From the NCBI RefSeq assembly GCF_001194135.2, contig NC_068986.1, forward strand, positions 63,779,458 through 63,843,457: 64,000 nucleotides of DNA. Direction: 5' to 3'. Both the position numbers and the translations under genes were made by a program. The notes beneath the pieces are model-generated. The model saw only the letters and a list, made by a program, of their open reading frames with translations. It was not told where the DNA came from and made no database searches. Shown here piece after piece: positions 50,494 to 63,430 of the stretch (positions are counted from its first letter, which is position 1; every line of letters begins with the position of its first letter). The stretch is from Octopus bimaculoides. Taxonomy: Eukaryota.

Positions 50494-52668
50494 CGACGAG
50501 CTTCTTTCAGTTTCCATCTACCAAATCCACTCACAAGGCTTTGGTCAGCCCGAGTCTATAGTAGAAGACACTTGCCCAAGGTGCCATGCAGTGGGACTGA
50601 ATCTGGAACCATGTAGTTGGTTAGCAAGCTACTTACCACACAGCCACTCCTGAGCTGTGTAAATCTTAACCAAAACATTAATATAAAGTGGCGCCAGTGA
50701 CTTACATTATATGCATTCAGTTAGAATTATGCTATAAGAACAATCATAAGAGGTTTTTTTTTTATTTTTCTAGTTTTCTTCAAATTTTACAACATTATGT
50801 CATCAATTTCCAAAAAGAGGAAGCTTATCCAATTGTACAACTGAGACTACTTACTCCTCGGTTTTGCACCATCATACAGCAATGCACATAAACCAGAATG
50901 CTTGGATTGTGGATTGGTGATGACAAATGATTCTATGAAGAAATCAAAATTAATGGCCCATCAGTAACTGAGGCACCCTGGTTCTATTGGAAGAAGTCTC
51001 AATTGGTGATGCAAAGGAAAAATGTACAACTGCCATGAGAAGTATTCATAAAGAAAGAAAAAAGGGGCTGAGAGCAAGCTACGAAGTGTGTGAATTAGTT
51101 GCAAAGGTGAGTAAAGCTCACACAATCGCTGAAATTCTTGTTAAACCAGCAATTTTGGTGTGTGTAAAAGAAATGCTTGGAGAAGAGGCTGCCACTGTTC
51201 TACAAAAAGTCCCTTTGTCCAATGACACGGTTAAAAGAAGGCAGGAAGAGATGGCAGAAAACCTGGAGGAACAGCCGGTGATCAAGCTTAAAGTCTTTAA
51301 GTTTTCTCTCCAAATTGATGAAACAGCTCTTCATAACTGCTTGCTACTTGCCCATGTTCGTTTTATCGAAGAGCTGACTATACAAGAAGAAATGCTCTTT
51401 ATGAAAGCATTAACTGATACAAAGAGTGAGACTATATTTGAAGCTGTCAAATCTTATTTCGAAGAAAAAGAAATCCCATTATCGTATCTGCTGCAAATTG
51501 CTACGGAAGGTGCTAATGCAATGACAGGGAGACTCAATGGATTTATAGCGAAACTGAAAGAATTCCCCACGTCTTGTTAACCCACTGCATCTTCCATCAA
51601 CAACACTTTGCTGCTGAATCACTCAATAGTGAAATGGAAAGTGCCCTCCAATTGGTGATTTCATCTGTCAATTTTGTCAAAGCCAGTGCTGTCAGTGAAA
51701 GGCTATTTTCACAACTCTTCGAAAATGAGGAGTACCAAACGCTTCTATTACATACCGAAGTTCAATGGCTGTCAAAAGGCAATTGTCTCACACACCTTGT
51801 ACAAATGTGAGATACACTTCTGGTTTTTTTTTTTTTTTTGAGAACATGCACCTTCAAGCAAGCCAGCGGAAGGAAAAGGCAAACTTCCTGCTTGAAGTTA
51901 TGAATGATATCGACACAAAGGCAAGAATTTTTACTTTGCCGATATTTTCTTGCAGGTCAACGCCTTAAATAAATCGATTCAAGGACGTGGTGCAACGATA
52001 GTGGACTGTACCAAGAAGATATGGTCATTCATAAAAAGCTTGGTTTATGGGTAATTCAGCTTCAAAGGGGCAAATTTACCTTTTTCAGTCATCTTGTTAA
52101 AACAGAACCATCAGAAGCTGTAATCATCAGCTGTGTCAGCCATTTGAAGAGCTTGCAAATGGATATGAGAAGACGCTTCCAAGATATACTCGACTTGAAG
52201 CCACCAAAGTGGCTTTTTGATCTTCATCATTATGATCTTAATCCCAAACTTGCAGCCAATCTTCTTGATCTTAAGGAGAATGCAATCTTAATGACAAAGT
52301 TGGATAGAGAAGGTCTTCATGGTTGGCTGCATGTAAAGACATTTCCAACACTTTTTCATGAAGCAATCTCGTTCCTCCTCTGCTTTCCAACATCCTGGTT
52401 AGTTGAAGCTGGATTTTAGACAGTGAGTGACATTTTCACAAAAAAATGGAATGTTCTTCAAATTACGGAAAGAGGAGATTTGTGTCTCAAATTGAACCAA
52501 TCCTTTGAAGTTCAAATTGATAACCTTATTGAAAAACACCAATTGCAATGTAGGCCTTAAATTGTTTCTTCATTTCTTGTTAATAAAAATGTTAATATAC
52601 TTTTCTTCCATTTTTAGATGGGTTTTTTTACTTGCAGGTTCCATAAACAAGAAGATATTATAACACTG
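50071..52668 (+). mobile_element. Buster/Charlie-type hAT DNA transposon, degenerate transposase, with nested SINE
   Basis: The left TIR CAGTGTTTCTCAA is preceded by GTCTAAAT (nnnTAnnn). Coding remnants are BED-finger-like KPECLDC...NDSMKKSKLMAH, FSLQIDET, IATEGANAMTG, HCIFHQQH, LLLHTEVQWLSKG and FPTSWLVEAGF. The eroded right TIR ...AACACTG ends at 52668 (uncertain). Confidence 0.85.
50281..50652 (-). mobile_element. Full-length tRNA-derived SINE (family A) inserted in the hAT
   Basis: Reverse complement of 8127-8545, ending in TTACCACACAGCCACTCCTG. Confidence 0.9.
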
Positions 52669-53106
52669 ATGTAGTATTTATTTAACAATTGTACCCGTAT
52701 ATGAAGCTGGCTTGTAGAAACAATTACTACTTTATGGGATTTATATTCTGGAAGAGGGTCAGATAACTGGTTTAGAAGTCATAGTTAATTCAGCTGGCAC
52801 TACCAACCTTTCCTCCCACTATCTTTTACACCAACCACTTCTTTTTTTCTAACTCATACTACACTCTGCTTTTCATTCATCAATCTCTTTCTTGAACTTT
52901 CTCTCTCTAGATCCACACATCACTCTATATATCTAATAACTGTCTATCAGTATATCATTGCATCTTAGTCATTTGTTTTAAAGCCTATTTCCAAATGTGT
53001 TTTATATTGGGGGTGGTTGTGGTCATTTTAGTAAAATTGTTTTTCTTTGAATTAAATTTGTTTCTTTTTCTTTGAATTAAATTTGTTTCTTTTTCTTTCT
53101 ATTCAG

Positions 53107-53779
53107 GGATGGAAACAGACAGCGCTTATGAGCAGAAGCTGATGCCAGATGGCAAGCTGAATATTGATGGCTTTATGGTAGTGTTTGATGTCAGCACTGT
53201 TCACAACCGGCCAATTGAGAGACAGGTTGAGTTTGTTTCTCAAATTCTTCAATCTTTGCAGAAGATCCGCAAACCTGTGGTGCTGGCAACTACAAAGCAT
53301 GACGAGGCTGTGGACCGATTCTGTAAGGAAGCTGGAGCATTGGTCACTCGCAGTAAACTCAATATTCCCATTGTGGAGACCTCTGCACTTGACAACATCA
53401 ATGTAGAATTGGCTTTTATGACACTTGCACATCTAATTGATGGTACAAAAATGAGGAAAAAAATAATTCCTTTTGCTGATGCCTACCGAGCCCGCAAAGA
53501 TATTTTAGAAGTTGCTACCAAGGCATACAAAAAACTGCTCAATACTCAGGTTACAGATCCAAAAGCATCATGGACTATATGGAAAAAGAAATTTATGAAG
53601 GAGTCTGATTATAATCATTATGTGGAATTATTTGGAACTGAAAGTGCCGTAGAACATTTTCGCAAACATACCATGCATTTAAAAGAACAACAGTTGCGGC
53701 AACGAGAATTGCGATATCTAGATAGTCTGCCAACAGTATTACAATACTTCTTAACTTCATTGGATGTCATCTCTGACAA
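53107..53779 (+). CDS. ARHGAP35/ARHGAP5: p190 RhoGAP, second coding exon (rest of GTPase domain plus first FF domain)
   Basis: A polypyrimidine tract and TTCAG acceptor end at 53106. G(5385)+GG restores Gly, giving KEQLG-METDSAYEQKLMPDGKLNIDGF, the expected p190 continuation. G4-like TKHD and G5-like ETSA motifs are followed by the FF-like AYKKLLNTQVTDPKASW...HFRKH. Donor GTAAGC at 53780 (phase 2). Confidence 0.95.
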
Positions 53780-54808
53780 GTAAGCCTACTTAATTTTTCT
53801 GTCATTCTGTTTGATTCAGTTTCAGTGTAATTTGTATTTTCTGTGGCTCATTAGATAATGTAGATAATACACCAACACTTGTATGCTTGCAAATAAGACC
53901 AGACATTTTGGTTACATTATCAGAGCCAGAAACGACTTTAAATACCAATAACCCTTTGTGCTGTTCAGATTACATTTCATATAGTTGAATGTCTTAACTG
54001 GAAGTTTTTCACAAAACCTTGTAAAACAAAATAATTTTTGCCTTTGCAAACTGCTACTACAATTGTTTTTATTCACAATTCACCTTGCATGTTAGATTTA
54101 CATCACAATTAAGAGAATAGCATCTATCAAACTAATGTTATTGTTCTTTTAACTACTGCCATTGTCTAAAGAATTTGTGGTTTTTGTAATTTATTTCTAT
54201 ATTTCACCCCTCAGTTTAGAATTTGTATCAAATATCTGTTTATTTCATTCTTCAAAAACATTTTTTTGTGGTAAAGCTTATGATTATGTAACTGATTATA
54301 ATATTGGTTTACATATTTGTAGAAAATTAATTTCAGATATAATATTTACATTGTTTTATCTGTGTGTTTTTCTCTAAACTTAAGCTTGTTGGATGGTTTT
54401 TAGATTTCATCTTATGACTATCCATTTCTGGAATAATTTGTTTTAATTATCTAATCTAGATTATTCTAATAATTATGTTAATAGATACTGTTAACTCCAC
54501 CTACTCTTCTACATGTTCAGTTGACCTGCTAGAAAACGTAGCTACACCCCCCCCCCCCAAATTTCACCCTAGTGTCTTTAAAAAAAAGAAAAATCACATT
54601 GGCCATGGTGTAAATGCTTTTGATCATTTGATTTATTCAACCAAGATTGACCTAGGTCTAAACAGTAACAACCACTGTCTACTACGAATTCAATAACGGT
54701 TTTGTTACCATTTCTTATTGCATAATTTCCAATGAGCACTAACACCGTCTCATTGGTTATGATATGTCCCAGGATTTCTTCTTGCGCAAATAATGTTTTG
54801 AGCATCTA

Positions 54809-56079
54809 CAGGGTGCGAATGGTATTCATTTGCAATTTTCAACTGCTAATATTATGCATATTTTTTTTACTTTCATTGTCTTCTTTTCTTCTGAAATACA
54901 GTAACTGCTTTTGCCTTATATTTTTGCAGAATAATTGACTATGGAAAAATTGCCCCCACCCCCCAACCTCCCTCCCCAAATTTTGGAAGAGGCATGGACT
55001 CCTCCTTGGAATCTGTGTCGGAAAGACAAACAAGGAAGTATCAGACTTCCTCAGCATCAGTAGAAGGATGGTGGAAAAGGTCAGGAAGGTGATGGAAGAT
55101 TCAACTACAAGGCAACAGCAGAGAGAAAACCCATGATCAACGAACTGACACAATCAGAACACTGGAATTCATTGATGAAATCGAGGAGATCATCGACAAT
55201 GATCCCAGCAAGTCAGTGCATATCATTGCAAGGGAGTAAGGTGTAGATGAAAAGCTCATCAGGCTGGTGGTGCATCAGGATGTTTGCTACTCTTCATATA
55301 AGATGAGAAAGGGACACTTTCTGTCCAAGGTGATGTAGGAAAAGCAACACAAGCACACCAAGAAGCTGATCAACAAGTTGAAACATTTGTTGAAGCCAGA
55401 CGTGTGATTCTTCTCTGATGAGGAGAATTTTTGCCAAAACCAGATCAACTCCTGGAACAACAGGTGGCTCAACTGTCTCACCCAAGAATGTGCCCAGAGT
55501 CATGCAGACAAAATTTTCAGCAACAATCATGGTCTTTGGTATTCTCAGCAGTGAAGTTGATGTCATGCCACTCCAATTCTTCCTTGAGAGCTTCAGGCTG
55601 AACACTGATAGCTACATGCATGTTCTGAGTGAGGTAGTGAAGCCCTGGACCAACTGAGTAGCTGCAAGGATGGCAGCAAGACGGCCACACTAGCTGGAAA
55701 ATCTAGTCTTAGTTGTCCAATTTCTTCAATCACACAGCACCTAACATTTGGCCTTCCAACTTGCCTGACTGCAACCCACTTGACTTCTTTGTGTGGGGTG
55801 CAGTGAAACAAGAGCTCAACAAATCCAGCTGCAGCATGAAGGACAAGGTGAGGGTCAGGATTACCAGGGCCTTCAGAGACCTAAAATCAGAGATAAGTGA
55901 TGAAGCTTGTAACCGATTCTGAGGTCATCTGGAGGCTGTCGTCAAGACAAAATTTGAGGTCGACAGAACATGTCATGGAGACAAACTGACCCATATTTGA
56001 TGTATATATCCAAAAAAATAAAAACACTTTTATTTTTCCTGAGACAGTCCTCATGCAAACAAATACTGTCTGCACCCTG
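54809..56079 (+). mobile_element. Tc1/mariner (maT/DD37D-like) transposon with both TIRs and TA TSD, transposase inactivated
   Basis: TA-CAGGGTGCGAATGGTATTCATTTGC at the left end and GCAAACAAATACTGTCTGCACCCTG-TA at the right end. Motifs FFSDE and WPSNLPDCNPLDFFVW are present, with several stops. Confidence 0.88.
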
Positions 56080-56629
56080 TAGATCTCATCCTAATAACTG
56101 GTTCTAAAATACATAGTATATTCTGTAGGTCTAATACAATGAAAGGGTAACCAATTCAGATGTCCAATTTCTATTTTCTCCACCTCCAGCCTCTTGTTAA
56201 CTAGTGTATGTACAATACCATTCTACTGACATACATAACTACTTTTATATGCACAGAATCCCTTTATTATCTGCAAGGGCTTGTTCATTAAAAGTCCTAT
56301 AACTATTTCAAATTTTAGCTGTTACACTATCATTGATATCTCCATGGCTTGTGATTGTCATTCTGCTAACAAAGCTTATATACAACTTCAAATGAATCTT
56401 CACTGTAATCTTTTTTTTATTTTATTTATTTAATCTGGGATACATGCACTATCTATTGTTTCCACAAAGTTCACTGTAAATCTTGGCTCACTGCCTGTTT
56501 TCTAAAATGCTACTACCTTCACTAACAAACGTACAACTGACAATTTAATCTGTTTTGACACGAGTCTTTTGCTTTGAAATATAAAGCAGACACCGGAACC
56601 CTTCACATTCATCAGGATGAAGAAGCTTA

Positions 56630-56672
<43 letters not shown>

Positions 56673-56824
56673 TGTAAAACACTAGACACAAAAAGTTAAA
56701 AGTGTCCATTCCATATTTCTCTGCTTACCACTGGTTTTTTTTTTCTGCAATTGTTATCTATTTTAAAGCAGAGAGGCACTGAATAACATTTCCCCTCCCC
56801 ATGCCTCCTCCCACATTCCTTTCC

Positions 56825-59678
56825 CTGTTTTTAGAGTTGGTACTGTCAATGTAGGCACACTGAAAGGTAGGTCTAGTGAGATTGTAGAGATGCTTGAACA
56901 GAGACGTGTTGATGTATGCAGCATACAAGACATAAGGTGGAGAGGAGCTTCAGCCAGGATCCTCACAGGCAAGGCACAGAGGTATAAAATCTTCTGGGAA
57001 GGTAACAGTGATGGAGTAGAGGCTGTAGGCATACTCCTTGCAGAGAAATGGGTGGATAAGGTCATAGTATGCGATAGAGTGCTGAAGCTCAGGCTAGTCT
57101 TGCAGAATAGTATGGCTACAATTATCTCTGCCTACATCCCACAAGCAGGCCTACCAAACGATCAGAAGGACCACTTTTATGATACCCTTCTACAGGCCAC
57201 CTCAATGACTTCATCTTTGCAGCTGGAGATTTAAATGGGCATGTCGGATGGCAATCTGATATCTTCCATGGTGTTCACGGGGGCCATGGAATTGGTTCCC
57301 GAAATGAAGAGGGAACTAGGCTACTGGAGTTCTGTGATGCATGCAACCTATTAATCTGCAACACTAACTTCAGTAAGCCAGACAGCCACCTGATAACCTA
57401 TCAATCAGGCGACTCTACTAGCCAGATTGATTTCATCCTCACCAGACAGCGGGATGTATGGTCACTCGTAAATACAAAGAGCTTCCCTGGTGAAGAATGT
57501 ACCCCCACCTCACTCGCATAGACTAGTTATTAGTGACTTTAGACTCAAGGCCAGAAGGATGCCAAGAAGCAGACCAATCCAGAAAAGAAGGATTTGGAAG
57601 CTAAAGAACCTTTCACACGGTCAGAGATTTAGAGACATCCTCACTAAGAAATTTGATGAAAGAGCGGAGGAGCTACAGACTTTGGACATAGAGGGTAACT
57701 GGAGATTCCTATGGGGCAGCTTACTGAGTGCCACAGACCAAATCTGCGGCTGGTGCAAAGTCCCTTCCAGATCTAGAGTAATGTGGTAGACAAGGCCATT
57801 AGAGCAAAGAAACAGGTCTGGGAAGCCTGGAAGAGTGGGGGTAGCAGGGAACTTGTACCAGATAGCCAGAAGGGAGGCTGGGAAACAGGTATACGTAGCC
57901 AAGGGAGAAGCAGAAAAGAAGTTTGCCAATGTTCAGCAACATGAAGACCAATGAACTGAAATATTTTGGATTGCAAGACAGTGTGTGAGAGAGAATTGTG
58001 ATATCACAGGAGAGAAATGTATCCGCATTGATGATGGTGCACTTGCTTTTAATGATTCTGAAAAGAAAGAGGCTTGGAGAAGCCATTATGAAAGGCTGCT
58101 GAATGTGGAGAATGAATGGGAGGAGGAGAGCCTGCCAAATGTTGACCCAACTGAGGTACCAGCTACCCGAATAGACAGCACCCTGGTAGATAAAGCAATT
58201 AAGGATATGAAGTCAGGAAAAGCCCCGGCCCATCAGGAATCACTGCTGAGATACTTAAAATATCTGGTGGTGTGTGTTATGGCCTAGTCACCTGTATTGT
58301 AAACCAGGTAGTTCACAAAGTAGTCATACCTAATGACTGGTGTAGCAGCACCATAGTCAACTGCTTCAAAGGTAAAGGTGATGCTTTAGATAGAAATAAC
58401 TGCAGGGGTATCAAACTGCTGGATCGGGTGATGAAGGTCACAGAGAGGGTCATAGCCCAACTAATTAGGCAGAGTCTGCTTAGATGAGATGCAGTTTGGT
58501 TTTGTGCCAGGTAGAAGCATCATTGATGCTACATTCCTGGTGCGGCAACTGCAGAAGAAATACCTAGCCAAAGATAAATCCCTATAGTTGGCTTTTGTTG
58601 ACTTGGAGTAAAGCTTTGACAGGTCCCCTGATCCCTTATCTGGTGGACGATGCGGAAACTGGGGATTGATGAGTGGTTAATAAGAGTTGTACAGGCCTTA
58701 TACAAGGATGCCATTAGTAAGATAAGAGTTGGCAATGAGTATAGCAAAGAATTCTGGGTAGAAGTAGGGGTTCACCAAGGATCAGTCCTCAGCCCCTCCT
58801 ATTTATCATAGTCCTCCAGTCAATAACAGAGGAATTCAAGACAGGTTGCCCCTAGGAGCTTGTCTATGCTGATGACCTTGCTCTCATAGCAGAATTACTG
58901 CCAGAAATAGAGAAGTTTCAGGTGTGGAAGCAAGGTTTAGAATCGAAGGGCCTTTGAGTCAATGTTGCAAAAACCAAGGTCCAAGTAAGTTGGAAGGTGA
59001 ACACATCACAAACCCCTTCAGGTAGATGGCCCTGCTTGGTCTGTAGAAAAGGTGTTGGTAGAAACACTATAAGATGTACCTAGTGTAAGCTATGGATGCA
59101 TAAGAGGTGCAGCAACATCAAAGGAAGGTTAATTGGGAAGATAGCTTTTGTGTGCGGCAGTTGCACAGGGGCAATAAACACCACAGATGCTCANNNNNNN
59201 NNNGTAGTGGGGGTGAATGCTCGGAGAGCATTGCCACTAGAATAGCTGCTAGAATAAGAATAGCCTGGGCAAAGTTCAGAAAGCTCCTACCTCTACTAGT
59301 GACAGAGGGCCTCTCACTAAGAGTGAAAGGTAGATTGCACGATGCATGTGTGCGAACTGCCATGCTACACAGCAGTGAAACATGAGCTTTGACTGCGTAG
59401 GCTTGAAAGAAATGAAGCTAGTATAATCCGCTGGATGTGTAATGTCAGTGTGCACACATGACAGAGTGTAAGCGCCCTGAGAGAAATGTTAGACATAAGA
59501 CGCATCAGATGTGGTGTGCAGGAGAGACAACTGCGCTGGTATGGTTATATGCTATGTATGGATGAGGAGAGCTGTGTGAGGAAGTATCACTCCCTAACAG
59601 TGGAAGTAACCCGTGAAAGAGGGAGACCTAGGAAGACATGGGATGAGGTGGTGAAGCATGACTTTTGAACATTGGGCC
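56825..59678 (+). mobile_element. Near full-length RTE-clade LINE (APE + RT), degenerate
   Basis: APE start FRVGTVNVGTLKGRSSEIVEMLEQRRVDVC, then AGDLNGHVG, QFGFVPG, YADDL at 58865 and RTE C-terminal GRPRKTW, with many stops and frameshifts. Confidence 0.93.
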
Positions 59679-59833
59679 TGTGTGAGCATTTCTCCAGTTA
59701 CTCCTCTCCACCAATAGTAATTCCAGTAGGTGTCCAGCAGTATAATGAGAGGTTGGAGCCTTATAATTACTGTATTTGATGAAAGATAAAGTTTTTTTCT
59801 TTAAAAAGAAAATATTTATTACAGTTATTATAA

Positions 59834-61034
59834 ACTAGCAGAAATACCCGGCTTTGCCCAGGTTAAAGAGAATAATGAAATCTAGAAACGCGTCTAGACT
59901 ACGCAACCCTCAACTGTTAGTAGCTACGATACCATATTTCTACATTAATAACTCTCCAATCCATGCCAGCATGGAACATAGACATTAAGTGGAATGCCAG
60001 TCTCTCATCTAGGAAGGCCTTGAAATCAATGTTACCAACTGGGGACTATGTGTGTCGCAGTGATAATAAAAAGACTCAAAGGAGGTCTGCAACGAAATAA
60101 TTTTACTCAACACTTTGCAAGTGAATCAGTGGAGGCAAAGATGCGTCTCATTTACTTGACAATTTATGCACCACATTGCAGAAATCACAATGTAAGTATA
60201 TCTGAAAGGGTAGTCTTACACTGTTGTACCGTTGAATTACAAATAATGCTCATCTGTTATGTNNNNNNNNNNNNNNNNNNNNNNNNNNNNNNNNNNNNNN
60301 NNNNNNNNNNNNNNNNNNNNNNNNNNNNNNNNNNNNNNNNNNNNNNNNNNNNNNNNNNNNNNNNNNNNNNNNNNNNNNNNNNNNNNNNNNNNNNNNNNNN
60401 NNNNNNNNNNNNNNNNNNNNNNNNNNNNNNNNNNNNNNNNNNNNNNNNNNNNNNNNNNNNNNNNNNNNNNNNNNNNNNNNNNNNNNNNNNNNNNNNNNNN
60501 NNNNNNNNNNNNNNNNNNNNNNNNNNNNNNNNNNNNNNNNNNNNNNNNNNNNNNNNNNNNNNNNNNNNNNNNNNNNNNNNNNNNNNNNNNNNNNNNNNNN
60601 NNNNNNNNNNNNNNNNNNNNNNNNNNNNNNNNNNNNNNNNNNNNNNNNNNNNNNNNNNNNNNNNNNNNNNNNNNNNNNNNNNNNNNNNNNNATACGTATA
60701 CATCTCTCTTTCTCTCTCTCTGAAAGTATCTGTCATTACAGTATCGAAATGTGATTGTTTCAGTTAGTAGAATAGTTTCATTTTTAAAGTGAAAGTATTT
60801 GACATGAGTGTTTTTGTTTCACTTTTGACACGTAATACTTAAATAGTGGAGGAGATATTATGTTGCCGTGGGCTCGAACTCTGCAAGAAGTTAAAAAATT
60901 TTTTTGACTAAAACACAACTGGAACCCTAAGTAAGGCATCTGTAAAATTTGAATGAAATTGGTTGCGTAGTTCTCGAGTTTTAGGGATTCACACACACAG
61001 ACAGACACACATTCTCATTTTTATACATATAGAT
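59834..61034 (+). mobile_element. Non-autonomous Helitron-like element with a gap
   Basis: 5' ACTAGCAGAAATACCCGGCTTTGCCCAGG and 3' CACACACAGACAGACACACATTCTCATTTTTATACATATAGAT. Confidence 0.55.
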
Positions 61035-61276
61035 TATTTGATATTTTGCAAGAACCAATTTGAAACAGAAGCATGTCCACTGATAGTATCTGAGCCCCAT
61101 ATTTATTTAAGTTATTTTTAACGTAATTAGTTACACTGTCATCTAACAGGTGATAGTTATGTGTTTTGGATCCTGTTAATAACCCTTGTTTCTCTTTTCT
61201 CTCTCAAATTAGTTTTTATGATGTCTAATATTTTATTTCAAAAATCTTGGCAGCTCACTAATATTTAACACTTTAA

Positions 61277-63430
61277 CCACATCGTGCGCTATATATGGTA
61301 CATAGGCAACTGTCCCAACCTGCATTGTGTACCACTATTGGTACACAGTATTAATTTTAAAAAAATTTTTAAACTTATATTTTAATGAACTCAGTTGTTA
61401 TTATACATGATTTATGATTTAGAAATGAAGGATAATAACTAGATTTTGCAAATTTATAACATATATTCCTGTTTCATTATCAAAACTTATAAATAATAAT
61501 AAAGTAAAATAATTAATAAGAAAAAGCACATAAAAAAATATAGATCCAAAAAAGTTATAGAATAAACTTATCCTTTATCAAATTAGCAACGGACATCCTT
61601 AGCATATTTTATTTATTTCCTGACTAGTTGGAATGCTGCAAGTTGAAGCATGTTATACAAAGAGATGGCTTCTCATCGCAGGTGTCACAGCTTTGACTCG
61701 TGCAATTTTGCTCCCTTCCGTTTGGGCAATTTGATTGTAACAACCTTGACATCTTCTTGTTTTATTTTTTTGGCCCATCAGCTTCAATAAGGTTGTGAGA
61801 TTTGTGCTTTCCAGAAACATCAGACTTTTTTGGGCCTGGTTTCAATTTCTTTTGGGTGATTCCACAAATGAGAGACTTGAGAACGCTATCTTTGAATTCA
61901 AGAATAGACATCTTTTTCTCTCTCTCTGCTGGAAAAATTGGTTATATATCACCCAGGCATTCACCATTGATGTTCCTAACAGTAGTCCAAGACTGTGTTT
62001 TCTGTACCACTTGATACTTTTTCTGAAGATGGAGATATAACAAGTCATTTGGTCAGATTTATCAACCCCAATTTTAGCGGTATTGTAATCTATGACACTC
62101 AGTGGTTTCATTATGTGCCACATCACAATCATCTGAATCAATCTCATCTGCTCCCTGTTTACTATCATCTTGCTTACTGGTAGATTTCCCATAAAATGAT
62201 GATGGATTCATGGCTCTGAAATAAGAAAATTTATATAAATTTACATGCAAATGATGAATTCTAAACATATGATTTCACATAGCCAGCCTGGGCAAAGTTC
62301 AGAGAGCTCTTACCTCTGCTGGTGACAAAGGGTCTCTCTCTCAGAGTAAAAGGCAGACTGTATGATGCATGTGTACGAACAGCCATGCTTCATGGCAGTG
62401 AAACATGGGCCGTGACTGCTGAAGAGATGCGTAGGCTCACAAGGAATGTGTAATGTCAGTGTGCATACTAAACAGTGTAAGTACCTTGAGAGAAAAGTTG
62501 AACTTAAGAAGCATCAGTTGTGCTGTGCAAGAGAGACAACTGCGCTGGTACGGTCATGTGGCGACAATGGATGAGGATAGCTGTGTGAAAAAGTGCCACA
62601 CCCTAGTAGTGGAGGGAACCTGTGGAAGAGGTAGGCCCAGGAAGACCTGGAATGAGGTGGTGAGGCACGACCTTCGAACATTGGGCCTCACTGAGGCAAT
62701 GACTTCTGACCGAGACCTTTGGAAATATGCTGTGCGTGAGAAGACCCGACAAGCCAAGTGAGACCTAAATCCAAGGCCTCTGCCAGGGGTGCAGCCAGCC
62801 CACTTATGCATACCTTTCCTTCATTGGACACTAAACTCCACTTGCGAAGACCTGTTGAGGCAAGTGAAATCGAAATCGAATTAAATTCGATGACTGGCAC
62901 CCATGCCAATGTCATCTCCTTCATTGGACACGAAACTCAGCTTGCGAAGACCTGTTGGGGCAAGCGAAAGTGAAATCGTGATGGCATCTGTGCCCAGCTT
63001 CACTTTCCTGACACTTGTGCCAGTGGCACGTGTAAAGACATTTGAGCGACTGGCTCCTGTGCAGGTGGCACATAAAATACACCATTTTGAGCATGGCCAT
63101 TGCCAGTACTGCCTGACTGGCCTTTGTATCGGTGGCACGTAAAAGCACCCACTACACTCTCGGAGTGGTTGGCGTTAGGAAGGGCATCCAGCTATAGAAA
63201 CTCTGGAGCCTGGTGTAGCCATCTGGTTCACCAGTCCTCAGTCAAATCGTCCAACCCATGCTAGCATGGAAAGCGGACGTTAAATGATGATGATGATGAA
63301 AGAACAATTCTAGATGCACAGTAGTCGTGACCATATGTGGTGCACAATGCTCAGTATGAAATGATTTCCATTACATCGTGTACCATAATTGGTGCACACT
63401 GGTTGTGACCATATATAGCTCACGATGCTC
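61277..63430 (-). mobile_element. Internally deleted piggyBac-like transposon, interrupted by an RTE 3' fragment
   Basis: KPLSVIDYNTAKIGVDKSDQM...RKSIKWYRK and a C-terminal Cys-rich RRCQGC...CDTCDEKPSLCITCF. TTAA-CCACATCGTGCGCTATATATGGTAC starts at 61273, with an inverted match near 63407-63428. The right boundary is uncertain. Confidence 0.75.
62281..63299 (+). mobile_element. 5'-truncated RTE LINE: RT C-terminus, 3' UTR and (GAT)n tail
   Basis: AWAKFRELLPLLVTKGLSLRVKGRLYDACVRTAMLHGSETW...ERQLRWYGHV...GRGRPRKTW. The 3' UTR has an internal repeat (TTCATTGGACAC at about 62820 and 62920) and ends in GATGATGATGATG. Confidence 0.92.

Larger units (their letters stand above)
5386..53106 (+). other. 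47,721-bp phase-1 intron of p190 RhoGAP
   Basis: It has GT...AG ends and the reading frame is restored across the junction. I found no other p190-like coding segment between the two exons. Confidence 0.88.

Noticed and set aside
50987-52419. Domesticated ZBED/SCAND-like host gene
   Set aside because: Multiple stops and frameshifts plus a TIR indicate a dead transposon.
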